Shown piece after piece: positions 9,114 to 19,011 of a stretch of DNA of 64,000 nt. The position numbers and the translations under genes are program-made. Source of the stretch: Candidatus Aenigmatarchaeota archaeon (lineage in GTDB: Archaea > Aenigmatarchaeota > Aenigmatarchaeia > GW2011-AR5). The notes under the pieces were generated by a model. The model ran no database searches, was not told where the DNA came from, and was given only the letters and a program-made list of their open reading frames with translations. Each line of letters starts with the position of its first letter. Within the stretch, counting starts at the first letter, position 1. The stretch lies in the NCBI GenBank assembly GCA_016198685.1, contig JACQID010000006.1:96001-160000 (forward strand). Reading direction: 5' to 3'.

Positions 9114-10084
9114 CCTGTTTTTTGCAGCAACGCTTTTATTCCCGTCCCATCCAGAAGCCTGGTGTTGGCTGACGTATATTCCAATACCTGGCCAGTCTTT
9201 CCGGGATCCATCTTCCTATAAGGAGCGATATCATAATAGTCTTCTGATTCAACTATCCGGTTCATCTCGTCTTCGGATACAAGAACCTCATGGGTCTTTT
9301 CGCCCGGTCGCATGCCGGTGTAAACTATCTTTCCTTTTCCGCCAAGTTCCTTTATCATGGCATTGGCAAGATCGACTATCTTGCAGGAAGGCGCTTTTTT
9401 GACAAGTATATGCCCATCGTCGGCGTCAGTGGCTTTTAGCACAAGGTCTATTGCATCATCGAGCGTCAAAAGGAATCTTGTCATCTCAGGATGCGTGACA
9501 GGCACGTTTTTGCCCTGTAATATGCGCTCCTTAAAGAAGGGGATAACACTGCCCCGGCTTCCTATGACGTTGCCGTAGCGGACGCACACAAATTTAGTGC
9601 CGCCCTTGCCTGAACTGTCTGAAACCATTATCCGCTCCTGTATAGCCTTGGTCATGCCCATGACATTAACAGGCTTGACCGCCTTATCAGTGCTTATGGC
9701 TATGACACGCTCTACGTTGTTTGCTATGGCTGCCGTCTTGACGTTGGAAGCGCCCAAGATATTGGTTTTGACGGCTTCCATGGGATGATATTCGCATCTG
9801 GGAACCTGCTTTATTGCAGCGGCATGATAGATTACCTGTATCCCACGGGAAGCATCAAGGATACGATCATAATCCCTCACGTCGCCAAGGACGAATTTGA
9901 TCAGGCTTAGATATTCTTCAAATTCCTCTTCCATCTGCCTCTGCTTTTCTTCGTCACGGGAAAAGACGGTTATCGAAGCAGTGCCCATAGTAAGCAGGCG
10001 CTTTACAATATGGCGTCCGAAGCTTCCGGTCCCGCCAGTGATGAGGACGTTTTTGCCCTTGATGTTAGGTGTTTGGGTTACCAT
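9098..10084 (-). CDS. UDP-GlcNAc 4,6-dehydratase (FnlA/CapE/PseB family)
   Basis: GGTGSFG, HAAAIKQVP, STDKAVKPVNVMGMTK, RYGNVIGSRGSV. Confidence 0.9.
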   Translation of the reverse strand: MVTQTPNIKGKNVLITGGTGSFGRHIVKRLLTMGTASITVFSRDEEKQRQMEEEFEEYLSLIKFVLGDVRDYDRILDASRGIQVIYHAAAIKQVPRCEYHPMEAVKTNILGASNVKTAAIANNVERVIAISTDKAVKPVNVMGMTKAIQERIMVSDSSGKGGTKFVCVRYGNVIGSRGSVIPFFKERILQGKNVPVTHPEMTRFLLTLDDAIDLVLKATDADDGHILVKKAPSCKIVDLANAMIKELGGKGKIVYTGMRPGEKTHEVLVSEDEMNRIVESEDYYDIAPYRKMDPGKTGQVLEYTSANTRLLDGTGIKALLQKTGWLPK

Positions 10085-10103
10085 TCGGTATAATTGACGG
10101 AAA

Positions 10104-10802
10104 ATGTTTTTAAATCAAGGAAAAGTGCAGGAATTTAACGTTTTGCCGGAAGTTATTCAAATGGATTCCAAGAACAGGCACTGGGGCAGCAAACCGGTGC
10201 ATACAAACTCTTCTGACAAAAGGCGCGACATAATCATATCCATGATACCGTCGTCGGGAAGGATACTCGATGTAGCTTGTGGGGACGGGGCAACGCTTTC
10301 GCGGATTACCGCAGAAGAAAAGCATGGCGTGGATATAAACTCTGAGAACGTGCGAGAAGCCAAAAAACACGGCATAAAAGCTATTCAGCGTGACGTGGAT
10401 GAAGGGCTTCCATATCAGGATGGGTATTTCGATACCGTAATTACAGAAGGCCTTATACAACATTTATATTCCCCAGAAAATCTGATAGAGGAAATAGCAA
10501 GGGTTCTAAGACCAGGAGGGCTGTATATAGGCAGCATGACTAACAATTATCATTTATGGCACAGGGTAATGTATTTATTGGCAAGGCCCGAAGATTCGTT
10601 CCTTTTCCGGAATAGAGCATGGCAGATATCCTCCAGTTTCTTTACATTAAACGGGTTCAAAAAACTGCTTTCTAAACATTTTGAGATAATCAGCTGTACC
10701 GCAAAACCCGGAAGATTTTCATCAGTATTTCCATCCGTTTTCGGCTGGGATATTGTATGGAAAGTCAGGAAATGTGCAGAGAGAAGAAAAACGCACTTAT
10801 AA
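10104..10802 (+). CDS. Class I SAM-dependent methyltransferase (MetW-like)
   Basis: ILDVACGDG, GLPYQDGYFD, RVLRPGG. Confidence 0.85.
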   Translation: MFLNQGKVQEFNVLPEVIQMDSKNRHWGSKPVHTNSSDKRRDIIISMIPSSGRILDVACGDGATLSRITAEEKHGVDINSENVREAKKHGIKAIQRDVDEGLPYQDGYFDTVITEGLIQHLYSPENLIEEIARVLRPGGLYIGSMTNNYHLWHRVMYLLARPEDSFLFRNRAWQISSSFFTLNGFKKLLSKHFEIISCTAKPGRFSSVFPSVFGWDIVWKVRKCAERRKTHL

Positions 10803-10838
10803 TAACCAGTTTTTAAGTTTTTGCCACATCAATACAGT

Positions 10839-11903
10839 ATGGGTTATAGCAGTGGCAAGGTTGCCGTAGATTGCATATTTTTCCGGGGAGACGTGCCGTG
10901 CAAACCGCATAAAGAAAAAGGCGCAAAATGCAAGTGCGAATTCTATATAAAACGCGGCAAAAGGATACTCATAATAAAGCTGGGCGCCATGGGCGATGTT
11001 TTGCGTTCAACACCAATCACTGAAAGGCTTAGAAAGCTCTATCCCGGGTGTGAAGTCACGTGGATAAGCAATTATCCCGATCTTGCTAGGAAAGCCGCGG
11101 ATATAGTCATGGGATTCAATGAAAGGACTGTCGTGACCCTGATGGCAGACGAATTCGACATATTATACAATTTTGACAAGGACAAGGAAGCATGTGCATT
11201 AGCTTCGCTCGTAAAAGCGAAAATGAAAAAAGGCTTTGTGCTCCAAGACGGTAAATGTGCTCCTGCAGATAAGGATGCCGAACACAAGTTTGTGACAGGC
11301 GTTTTCGACGATGAGAGCAAGAAGAATACCAAGACATATCAGGAGGAAATGTTTGAAATCGCGGGTCTTGATTACGAAGGCGAAAAATATGCCATGGAGT
11401 CCGAGGAATTCAATGGAAATATCCCTCAGGGGAAGCTCATAGGCCTGAATACCGGCGGGGCAGAAAGATGGACTGCGCGTCTTTGGCCGGAATCCCAATG
11501 GCAGCAGCTAGCTCTTTTGCTAAAGAAGAAGGGATATATTCCTCTGCTTCTAGGTGGAGAAGCCGAAGATCAGAAGAATAAAAGAATCGCCGCCACGACC
11601 GGGGCGGTTTATTTGGGCTATTTTTCTTTCAGCCAGTTTGCAGGCCTTGTCAAGAAATGCGAAGCAGTCGTAACCTGCGTAACTCTTGGTTTCCACGTTG
11701 CGGTCGGTATGGAAAGAAAAATAATACTTCTCAATAATATATTCAACAAGCACGAATTTGACCTCTACGGAAAGGGCGTGATAATAGAGCCGCCCAAGGC
11801 ATGCGCGTGCTTCTATAAGAGCGAGTGCGTCTATGGAAGAAGCTGCATGAATGATATAACGGCCGAAACTGTTGCCGCTGCCGTGGAAAAATTAGGGGCG
11901 TGA
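10839..11903 (+). CDS. GT9 (heptosyltransferase-family) glycosyltransferase with Cys-rich termini
   Basis: ILIIKLGAMGDVLRSTP, IGLNTGG..WTARLWP, LLLGGEAE; N-terminal DCIFFRGDVPCKPH..C.C and C-terminal CACFYKSEC. Confidence 0.85.
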   Translation: MGYSSGKVAVDCIFFRGDVPCKPHKEKGAKCKCEFYIKRGKRILIIKLGAMGDVLRSTPITERLRKLYPGCEVTWISNYPDLARKAADIVMGFNERTVVTLMADEFDILYNFDKDKEACALASLVKAKMKKGFVLQDGKCAPADKDAEHKFVTGVFDDESKKNTKTYQEEMFEIAGLDYEGEKYAMESEEFNGNIPQGKLIGLNTGGAERWTARLWPESQWQQLALLLKKKGYIPLLLGGEAEDQKNKRIAATTGAVYLGYFSFSQFAGLVKKCEAVVTCVTLGFHVAVGMERKIILLNNIFNKHEFDLYGKGVIIEPPKACACFYKSECVYGRSCMNDITAETVAAAVEKLGA

Positions 11904-13117
11904 ACATGGAAAAAATAGATCACCAGATAGGAATAGGATGCCTGGAAATTACCGATAAGGAAAAAGAGTATGTTATGGATACGCTGGACAAAAAGAGACT
12001 CAGCCATGGCCCTTATCTGACAAAGCTTGAAAATACTATTGCTTCATTGCATGGGTGCAAATACGGAATTTCGATGAACAGCGGAACGAGCGCGCTGCGT
12101 ACAGCAGTCGCATGCCTGAAAGAAACAGAAGGCTGGAAGGACGGGGACGAGATACTCGTGCCTGCAGTGACGTTCATAGCGACCTCGAACGTCATAATAA
12201 GCAACGGCTTGAAGCCTGTTTTCGTGGATGTGGAGCCTGACTATTACAATATTGACCCGGTAAAGATAGAAGAGAAAATAACTGAAAGGACAAAAGGCAT
12301 GATAATAGTCCATCAATTCGGCCTTGCTTGCGACATGGATCCTATCATGGAACTTGTAAGGAAGCATAAGCTGAAACTGATAGAAGATACATGCGAGACT
12401 ATGTTCGTAGGTTATGGCGGAAAGCCTGTAGGGTCTTTTGCCGACATATCCTGCTTCTCCACGTATGTTGCGCATCTTATAACGACAGGGGTCGGCGGCA
12501 TAGCAACTACCAATAATCCTGAATATGCCGTCATACTCAAGAGCCTTGCAAACCATGGACGCGATTCGATATACATAAACATAGACGATGACAGGACCAG
12601 TGACGAGAAGAAGCTCTTTGATATTGTTGAGAGGCGATTCAAATTCGTGCGATTGGGTTATAGCTATCGGATAACTGAAATGGAAGGGGCTATAGGTGTA
12701 GCACAACTTGAGAGAAAAGATGAAATACTTCGCAAGCGACAGAACAATGCCGCTTACCTGACAGAACATTTGAAACAATACGGCGATTTTATCCAGCTTC
12801 CGGCCACGCGGCCCAAATGCGAGCATGCATTCATGATGTATCCCATAGTGGTAAAAGCGGGAAGCTTTACTAAGAGGGATATTGTAAATTTCCTTGAGAA
12901 GAATAATATTGAAACGCGTGACATGAATCCGCTGATAAACCAGCCCGTCTACATCAGATTATTCGGCAATATAGAAGACCAGTATCCTGTATCCAAATGG
13001 ATAAACGAGAACGGATTCTACATAGGATGCCACCAGGAAATCACGCAAAAAGAACTGGAATATATAATTATCAAGTTCGGGGAATTCTTTGCTCAGCTTA
13101 AAAATACTGGAGTATAG
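11900..13117 (+). CDS. DegT-fold PLP/PMP enzyme with His at the catalytic Lys position (ColD/E1-type 3-dehydratase-like)
   Basis: MNSGTSAL, LIEDTCE, FSTYVAHLITTGVGG. Confidence 0.75.
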   Translation: MNMEKIDHQIGIGCLEITDKEKEYVMDTLDKKRLSHGPYLTKLENTIASLHGCKYGISMNSGTSALRTAVACLKETEGWKDGDEILVPAVTFIATSNVIISNGLKPVFVDVEPDYYNIDPVKIEEKITERTKGMIIVHQFGLACDMDPIMELVRKHKLKLIEDTCETMFVGYGGKPVGSFADISCFSTYVAHLITTGVGGIATTNNPEYAVILKSLANHGRDSIYINIDDDRTSDEKKLFDIVERRFKFVRLGYSYRITEMEGAIGVAQLERKDEILRKRQNNAAYLTEHLKQYGDFIQLPATRPKCEHAFMMYPIVVKAGSFTKRDIVNFLEKNNIETRDMNPLINQPVYIRLFGNIEDQYPVSKWINENGFYIGCHQEITQKELEYIIIKFGEFFAQLKNTGV

Positions 13118-14085
13118 TGGTATTGATGCGTGCACTTATAACCGGAGTAACAGGTTTTGTAGGCAGCCACATGGCGGAATTTCTCTTAAATAAGGGCGTA
13201 GAAGTTCATGGCGCCAAAAGATGGCGAAGCCCCATGGACAATATAAAACACATCCGGAATGAGATAACGCTTGAAGAATGCGAGCTCCGTGATTTTGCAT
13301 CAATAAACAGGGTTATTTCCAAAGTCCGGCCGGACGTTATTTATCATCTTGCAGCCCAGTCATACGTGCCGGCAAGCTTCATATTGCCGGGCGACACGTT
13401 GGCCGTGAACGTCATAGGCACGGCCAATCTTCTTGAAGCCATACGACTGAATAAAATTGATCCTATAGTGCATATATGCAGCTCCTCTGAAGTATACGGG
13501 CAAGTGCGCCCCGAGGAAGTGCCGATAAAAGAAACCAATCCGCTAAGGCCCGTTTCTCCATATGCTGTAAGCAAAGTAGGGGAAGACATGCTCGGTTATC
13601 AGTATTTTGTTTCATACGGCATAAGGACCATAAGAACACGGATGTTCACGCACACGGGAGCTCGCCGAGGAGAATTTTTCGTTGAATCCTCTTTCGCAAA
13701 ACAGATTGCGGAAATAGAAAAGGGCGTGAAGAAAGAGCCATTCGTAAACGTCGGCAATCTTGAGTCTATAAGGACTTTTGCTGACGTAAGGGATGCCGTG
13801 CGTGCATACTGGTTGCTGACCGAAAAATGCAGGCCGGGTGAAGTCTATAACATCGGCGGCAATGCTACGATGAAAGTGGGCGAGATGTTGCAGAAGCTCA
13901 TAGCGATGTCAGAGATGAAGGATATTATAAAGCCGCGTATTGATCCTTCCCTGCTCAGGCCAAGCGACGTGACGCTCCAGATACCTGACACTACTAAATT
14001 CTCCAAGGAAACGGGATGGAAACCTGAAATTCCGTTTGAAAAGACCATGAAAGATATACTTGACTATTGGCGGGCAAGGGTGTAA
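13117..14085 (+). CDS. gmd: GDP-mannose 4,6-dehydratase family
   Basis: TGVTGFVGSH, HLAAQSYVPASF, SSSEVYG, SPYAVSK, GNLESIRTFADVRD. Confidence 0.78.
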   Translation: MVLMRALITGVTGFVGSHMAEFLLNKGVEVHGAKRWRSPMDNIKHIRNEITLEECELRDFASINRVISKVRPDVIYHLAAQSYVPASFILPGDTLAVNVIGTANLLEAIRLNKIDPIVHICSSSEVYGQVRPEEVPIKETNPLRPVSPYAVSKVGEDMLGYQYFVSYGIRTIRTRMFTHTGARRGEFFVESSFAKQIAEIEKGVKKEPFVNVGNLESIRTFADVRDAVRAYWLLTEKCRPGEVYNIGGNATMKVGEMLQKLIAMSEMKDIIKPRIDPSLLRPSDVTLQIPDTTKFSKETGWKPEIPFEKTMKDILDYWRARV

Positions 14086-14792
14086 TTGTGGATGTTTCTG
14101 TAGTTCTTCCTACCCTCAATGAAGCGCAGAACATAGAGAGCCTTGTAGATAGCCTGGAAGCGGTCTTGAAGAAGGCTAAACTAACAAGCGAACTCATAAT
14201 CGTGGATGATGAAAGTGAAGACGGAACTGCCGCGATAGCACGTAAGCTGAATACAAGATACGGAAATATCAAGACACTCGTCAGGACTGTTCGCGATGGA
14301 GCGGGAGCCGCGCATCTTCACGGCTACAAAAATGCGCGCGGTAAAATCGTGATTTCTATGGAATCTGACAATTCATGTGATGTCAACGATTTGCCAACAA
14401 TAGTGCAAAAAATAAACGCAGGCTATGATTTAGTCGTTGCCTCGCGATACGCCAAGGCCGGAAGCACCAACAAATCTGCAGCTAACATGATCATAAGCAG
14501 ATTAGGCAATATTTTCATTTCTACAATATCGGGAATAAGAATAAGCGACTTTACCATCGCATATCGCGGATTTCGCCGTGAAATAATCGAGAGAGTCGAA
14601 TGCAGGGAAAAGGACGGTAATCCCTTCCTCATGGAATTCATATTGAAAGCGAATAGAGCCGGATACAAAAAAATAACGGAGATACCTACGGTATACAGGG
14701 AAAGAGAATTCGGCGTGAGCAAGAACAAACTCATAAAAGCAATACCCCGTACGTTCTTCGCTGCAGTAAGGATAACGCTTACAGGCGCATGA
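14067..14792 (+). CDS. GT2 polyprenol-phosphate glycosyltransferase (start may be GTG 14088)
   Basis: VVLPTLNEA, IVDDESEDGT, VVASRY. Confidence 0.88.
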   Translation: MAGKGVIVDVSVVLPTLNEAQNIESLVDSLEAVLKKAKLTSELIIVDDESEDGTAAIARKLNTRYGNIKTLVRTVRDGAGAAHLHGYKNARGKIVISMESDNSCDVNDLPTIVQKINAGYDLVVASRYAKAGSTNKSAANMIISRLGNIFISTISGIRISDFTIAYRGFRREIIERVECREKDGNPFLMEFILKANRAGYKKITEIPTVYREREFGVSKNKLIKAIPRTFFAAVRITLTGA

Positions 14793-14793
14793 A

Positions 14794-15639
14794 ATGGGAC
14801 AAATTCTTATCACGGGCTGCGGAGGTTATATAGGCTCCCGGCTCGCTGCGTTTCTTCTGAAAAAGGGCCATAAAATTGTCGGCATTTCGCGTCACGGTAT
14901 GAATGCATCGTTTCCTTTCTATGAAGGGGATATCCGCGACAAAAAGCTTCTGGGAACCATAATGAGCAAAGAGTATATTTCCGTCGTGTTTCATCTTGCA
15001 GCTCTGCTGAAAAGCGATGATGAAAAAGAGACTTGGGACATAAACGTCAACGGCACAAAAAGCGTAGCGATGGCCTTTTCGGAAAGCAGCGCGAAAAAAA
15101 TCATATTCGCCAGCTCGGCGAAGGCATACGGAAAAATGGATGCAGTCCCGGTTAGAGAAGAAGACAAACTGAACCCGCGTTCGCCCTACGGTAAATCGAA
15201 AGCCGAGGCGGAGAACGTGCTTCGCGGCATTGCCGGCAAACAGGTTATCGTATTCAGGCAAACTTACCTTTATGGCAAGGGGATGCCTGCCGGATTTCTC
15301 ATTCCGGATATTATACGGCAGATGGATTCCGGAGCAGTCACTTTGCGGAATGCGGATGTTAAAAGGGATTTCATACACATAGACGATCTTATCGGGGTCT
15401 ATTTCAAAGCCCTTGAAACGCCGGTGGAAGGCACATTCAACATAAGCTGCGGAAAATCCATCACGCTTCGCGATGCGGCGCATCTTCTTGCTGCGGCCGC
15501 AGGGAAGAAAATCACGGTAAAGAGCCTAGACCTGCCTGAGGATAATCAGGAAGAGCTTCTTGACATTGAGAAAATCAAGCGCGTTCTTGGCTGGGATCCT
15601 TCAGTAGGGTATAAAGAAGGATTCAGGCGCTGCGTCTGA
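14794..15639 (+). CDS. NAD-dependent epimerase/reductase (extended SDR)
   Basis: TGCGGYIG, ASSAKAYG, SPYGKSK, RDFIHIDD. Confidence 0.85.
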   Translation: MGQILITGCGGYIGSRLAAFLLKKGHKIVGISRHGMNASFPFYEGDIRDKKLLGTIMSKEYISVVFHLAALLKSDDEKETWDINVNGTKSVAMAFSESSAKKIIFASSAKAYGKMDAVPVREEDKLNPRSPYGKSKAEAENVLRGIAGKQVIVFRQTYLYGKGMPAGFLIPDIIRQMDSGAVTLRNADVKRDFIHIDDLIGVYFKALETPVEGTFNISCGKSITLRDAAHLLAAAAGKKITVKSLDLPEDNQEELLDIEKIKRVLGWDPSVGYKEGFRRCV

Positions 15640-15640
15640 A

Positions 15641-17131
15641 TCACATATACCCTAAATCGCGCAATTTTTTCTTTACAAGCTCTTCTTCGCCTTTTTCCAT
15701 GTCAGTGCTTCCTTCGGGTTTCAAAGAGTCAAAATAACGCGTTTGCTTGTTTTCTTTAAGCATATCGTACAGCACTTTGCCGTCGCAATCGCGGGGGACT
15801 GGAACTTCCATGTTGTGGAGAATCGTCGGAGCAATGTCCATGATTGACGCATCCAGGTGCATTGATTCCTTTATGTCCGGGCCAAAGCAGAGCATAATTC
15901 CTTCCGGTGCAAATGTGTGGTAGCCTTTCCAGACTGCCGTGCCTGCCGGAGAAATAATGGACGTTGAGAAATTCGTATTTATCGCGTAATTCTCGTTCAT
16001 GAGAAATACTATCTCAGGCATATTATCAGCCAATGCGCCGGTGTAGGCTTCCGTTTTTATATTCACTTCCCTGAATACGGGGATTCCCTGATCCAGAACA
16101 AGCTTCAGCTTGTCTCTAATCTCAATGATATGTTCCTTGTTCCTTACAAATAAGCTGAAATTATTGAAACCGAGAAAATCCGGCTTCTCCTGAATATTCT
16201 TTATTATATTTTCCTGATGAGGCACAAAGCGCTTCATCCATGCGGGCACTTCGCCTTCCTTGGCGAGCCATCCAAGGAGTTTCTTGCCCAGGGGGTAGAG
16301 CAGTATCTTTATTCTTTCAAAAAGCCCGACTTTTATGTATCCGTTTTCCATGAGCCATGTGTTTATGTGGAAGTATTTTTTTGGCGCCGCATGGAAGCCG
16401 TGATCGGAGATTATGAAGAAGTTGGCTGAAGGGAACTCGTCGTATATTTTCTGCAATGACGCGTCAAGCACCGAATAATAATCGCCTAAAGCTTCAGGAT
16501 CATCCCAGAAAAAATGCTGGAAGCGATCGTTCTCATCAAGAAGTATAAAACCGAATTCCGGCGAATATTTCCTCATCATTTCGATGAAGAAATCCGTCTT
16601 CTTCACGGTCATTGCGGCTATTTTCTCTCGTGTGGCATCCCTGCCGTTTTCTTTCATATATTCAATCGTATTCATGTCTTCCAGCATATCCCTTGCGCGT
16701 GCCGCGTCTTCCTCGGGCAAAATCATGTTTTCATTGATGGACGGCCTGCCTATGCCGGAGACATAAAATCCATTGACATGTTTAGGAGGGAAGGATATAG
16801 GCGGGCACATTACCCCGACCCTCAGACCATTAGAAGAAATAATATCCCATATTTCCATTTCCCTGATATCGCCTGTGCCGGCTATTTTTTCAGAGAATGG
16901 CTTTATTTCCCATGAGATTATGCCGTGTTTTCCTGGATTTTTGCCTGTAGCAAAAGACGTCCATGCCGCTGCCGAGCCCGTAGGCATCACGCTTCTGAGA
17001 ACACCGCGGCATCCCTTCGCCTTCATTGACGAAAGAAACGGCATCTTTTCGCTGAACTGGTCAAAAGAGCTCCAAGTGCCGCCGTCTATGCCTATAACCA
17101 TGTGCATAGGCAGAATATGAACGGAATGCAT
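15641..17131 (-). CDS. Alkaline-phosphatase superfamily protein (type I phosphodiesterase/nucleotide pyrophosphatase-like)
   Basis: VIGIDGG, AWTSFATGKNPGKHGI, DRFQHFFW, ISDHGF, C-terminal KLRDLGYM. Confidence 0.85.
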   Translation of the reverse strand: MHSVHILPMHMVIGIDGGTWSSFDQFSEKMPFLSSMKAKGCRGVLRSVMPTGSAAAWTSFATGKNPGKHGIISWEIKPFSEKIAGTGDIREMEIWDIISSNGLRVGVMCPPISFPPKHVNGFYVSGIGRPSINENMILPEEDAARARDMLEDMNTIEYMKENGRDATREKIAAMTVKKTDFFIEMMRKYSPEFGFILLDENDRFQHFFWDDPEALGDYYSVLDASLQKIYDEFPSANFFIISDHGFHAAPKKYFHINTWLMENGYIKVGLFERIKILLYPLGKKLLGWLAKEGEVPAWMKRFVPHQENIIKNIQEKPDFLGFNNFSLFVRNKEHIIEIRDKLKLVLDQGIPVFREVNIKTEAYTGALADNMPEIVFLMNENYAINTNFSTSIISPAGTAVWKGYHTFAPEGIMLCFGPDIKESMHLDASIMDIAPTILHNMEVPVPRDCDGKVLYDMLKENKQTRYFDSLKPEGSTDMEKGEEELVKKKLRDLGYM

Positions 17132-17179
17132 TTAATAGTAAATGGCATATTTTGGGACATATATTTATTCATTTTCTCT

Positions 17180-18262
17180 CTATAATCCGTACCGCTTCTT
17201 CAATTCAGCCATAAGAAACTTTTCCGCCTCGCCGAACGGTTTTTCCGAAGGCATTGTCTCGTCCGGGTCATTTTTCAAGTCATAGAACTCCCATTTATCG
17301 GGCGTTTTGTAGTAAACTGCCTTCGCCTGCGGCAAGCGCGCGCAAAAAACATTATGGTTCTTATGCGATGGCCACGGCCCGCCAAGCCCGCCGGTTTCGG
17401 AAAAGACAAGGCGATGCTCATCCAAGGAAAGAAGCGGCTCGCCGTCAGGCTTTTCAAAATTGCTTTCAAGCTTGATGCCCAAAAGCTTCAATATTGTCGG
17501 CATTATATCCACGCTGCTCGCCTGATAATGATTCTCGGCAGGGGTTTGCCCCGGCATACTGATTACACAAAAAGTTTTGAGCGTGTAGTCAAAAACAAAA
17601 CAGCCGTACATCCGCTCGCCGTTCTTTTCCCCGAGGCTCACGCCATGGTCGGACAAAATAATAATGATCGAATTACTGTCATATCCGAGCTGCGATATCT
17701 TGCCTAATATCCTCTCAAGATAGGCATTGCAGCCGGCCATATAACCCTCGTAGCGTTGCTTATTTTCTTTCGACATTGCAAAGAACTCCGGTCCCATGTC
17801 AGTATAGCGCTTCTGAACATCCTTTATCAATCCTGTGTGAATGTTGCTGTAATGCAGATAAAGGAAGAACTTGCCGTTCATGGATTCAAGGAGAGTTTCG
17901 TGGCGCTCGGCAAGGTCATCCTTGTTCTCATCGTGAATACCGAAAGCGTCAAAGCCGTCGCGCGGGAGTATGCTGTCATTGATTACATCGGCAGTGCAAT
18001 TGTAACCCGCATCCTTGAGATACTGCGTCAGCGTCTTGAATTTGTTTTTCTTGAACCGGAACATGTTATAATAGGAATCAACCCCGTTCCTTGACGGGTA
18101 GGTTCCGGAAAAAACCGCATGCATTGATGCAATAGTATATGGCGCGGCCGTTATGATGCCGGAGTAGAACTTTGATCTGGCTATGAATGAATTAAGAGAT
18201 TTTATCTTGCTTACATGGTCGCGCCTTAGCCCGTCCATGGTTATCATGATGACATTCATCAT
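17180..18262 (-). CDS. Sulfatase-like alkaline-phosphatase superfamily protein lacking the CxPxR motif
   Basis: IMITMDGLRRD, APYTIASMHAVFSG, LSDHG, VDIMPT, YDLKNDPDE. Confidence 0.8.
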   Translation of the reverse strand: MMNVIMITMDGLRRDHVSKIKSLNSFIARSKFYSGIITAAPYTIASMHAVFSGTYPSRNGVDSYYNMFRFKKNKFKTLTQYLKDAGYNCTADVINDSILPRDGFDAFGIHDENKDDLAERHETLLESMNGKFFLYLHYSNIHTGLIKDVQKRYTDMGPEFFAMSKENKQRYEGYMAGCNAYLERILGKISQLGYDSNSIIIILSDHGVSLGEKNGERMYGCFVFDYTLKTFCVISMPGQTPAENHYQASSVDIMPTILKLLGIKLESNFEKPDGEPLLSLDEHRLVFSETGGLGGPWPSHKNHNVFCARLPQAKAVYYKTPDKWEFYDLKNDPDETMPSEKPFGEAEKFLMAELKKRYGL

Positions 18263-19011
18263 TTTTCCCCTATCGCGAATGCGGCGTTGGTGTCTATGAG
18301 GATTCGGCCCCCTGCAGTCCTTACATTATAGTGCTTCTTGAATTCTTCGCTCCCATTGACATGAAGATATACTATGCGTTTTTTCACTTCCTCGCTCAGA
18401 GTTCCGTCATTGTCAAGCCAGTTTATCAGATCAAAATCAGGATCCTTGACTATTTCTACAGAGGCTTTCGCAAACCCGGCATCGCGCAGAAGTTTTTTCA
18501 TTTCCTCCGGGACAAACGTGACGCGCGTTTCTTTGAGTGCAAATATCCTTTCAAAATCGCTCTTAAGGCTAGGGTGCGGCGGCACGCCTTCCTGGAGTAT
18601 AAATTTACCGCCTTTCTTGAGCACGCGCAGGCATTCCTTTGCGGCTTTGAGCCTGTCTTCTGCAGAAAGTATATTGTGGAAGACATTCCTTGCAGTGACC
18701 CTGTCGTAATATCCATCGGCAATATTCATGCTTCGTATATCCCCTTCCTTATAGAAAACATTCTTGCAGCCGTTGAATGCCAGAGAAAGCATTTCCGGCG
18801 ATATATCTATTCCATGGACTTCCTTTACATGAGGGGCTATGGTAACGGCAATTGCGCCTGTTCCCGTGCCCGCATCAAGCACTATCTGATTCGGAGCAAA
18901 ATCGCCGTGTTTCAGAATAGCCTTTTTTAAATTGTCGTTGTTGACCCACTTTAGATTATTATAAGTCTTAGCTCTCGCTTTCCATACTTTTTTCTGATCA
19001 GTTTCCAGCAT
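18259..19011 (-). CDS. Class I SAM-dependent methyltransferase
   Basis: VLDAGTGTG, GIDISPEM, RVLKKGG. Confidence 0.88.
   Translation of the reverse strand: MLETDQKKVWKARAKTYNNLKWVNNDNLKKAILKHGDFAPNQIVLDAGTGTGAIAVTIAPHVKEVHGIDISPEMLSLAFNGCKNVFYKEGDIRSMNIADGYYDRVTARNVFHNILSAEDRLKAAKECLRVLKKGGKFILQEGVPPHPSLKSDFERIFALKETRVTFVPEEMKKLLRDAGFAKASVEIVKDPDFDLINWLDNDGTLSEEVKKRIVYLHVNGSEEFKKHYNVRTAGGRILIDTNAAFAIGEK

Noticed and set aside
12044-12826. Long antisense ORFs (e.g. 260 aa here, 234 aa at 14779-15483, 199 aa at 18331-18930)
   Set aside because: They shadow well-supported genes on the opposite strand and have no motifs
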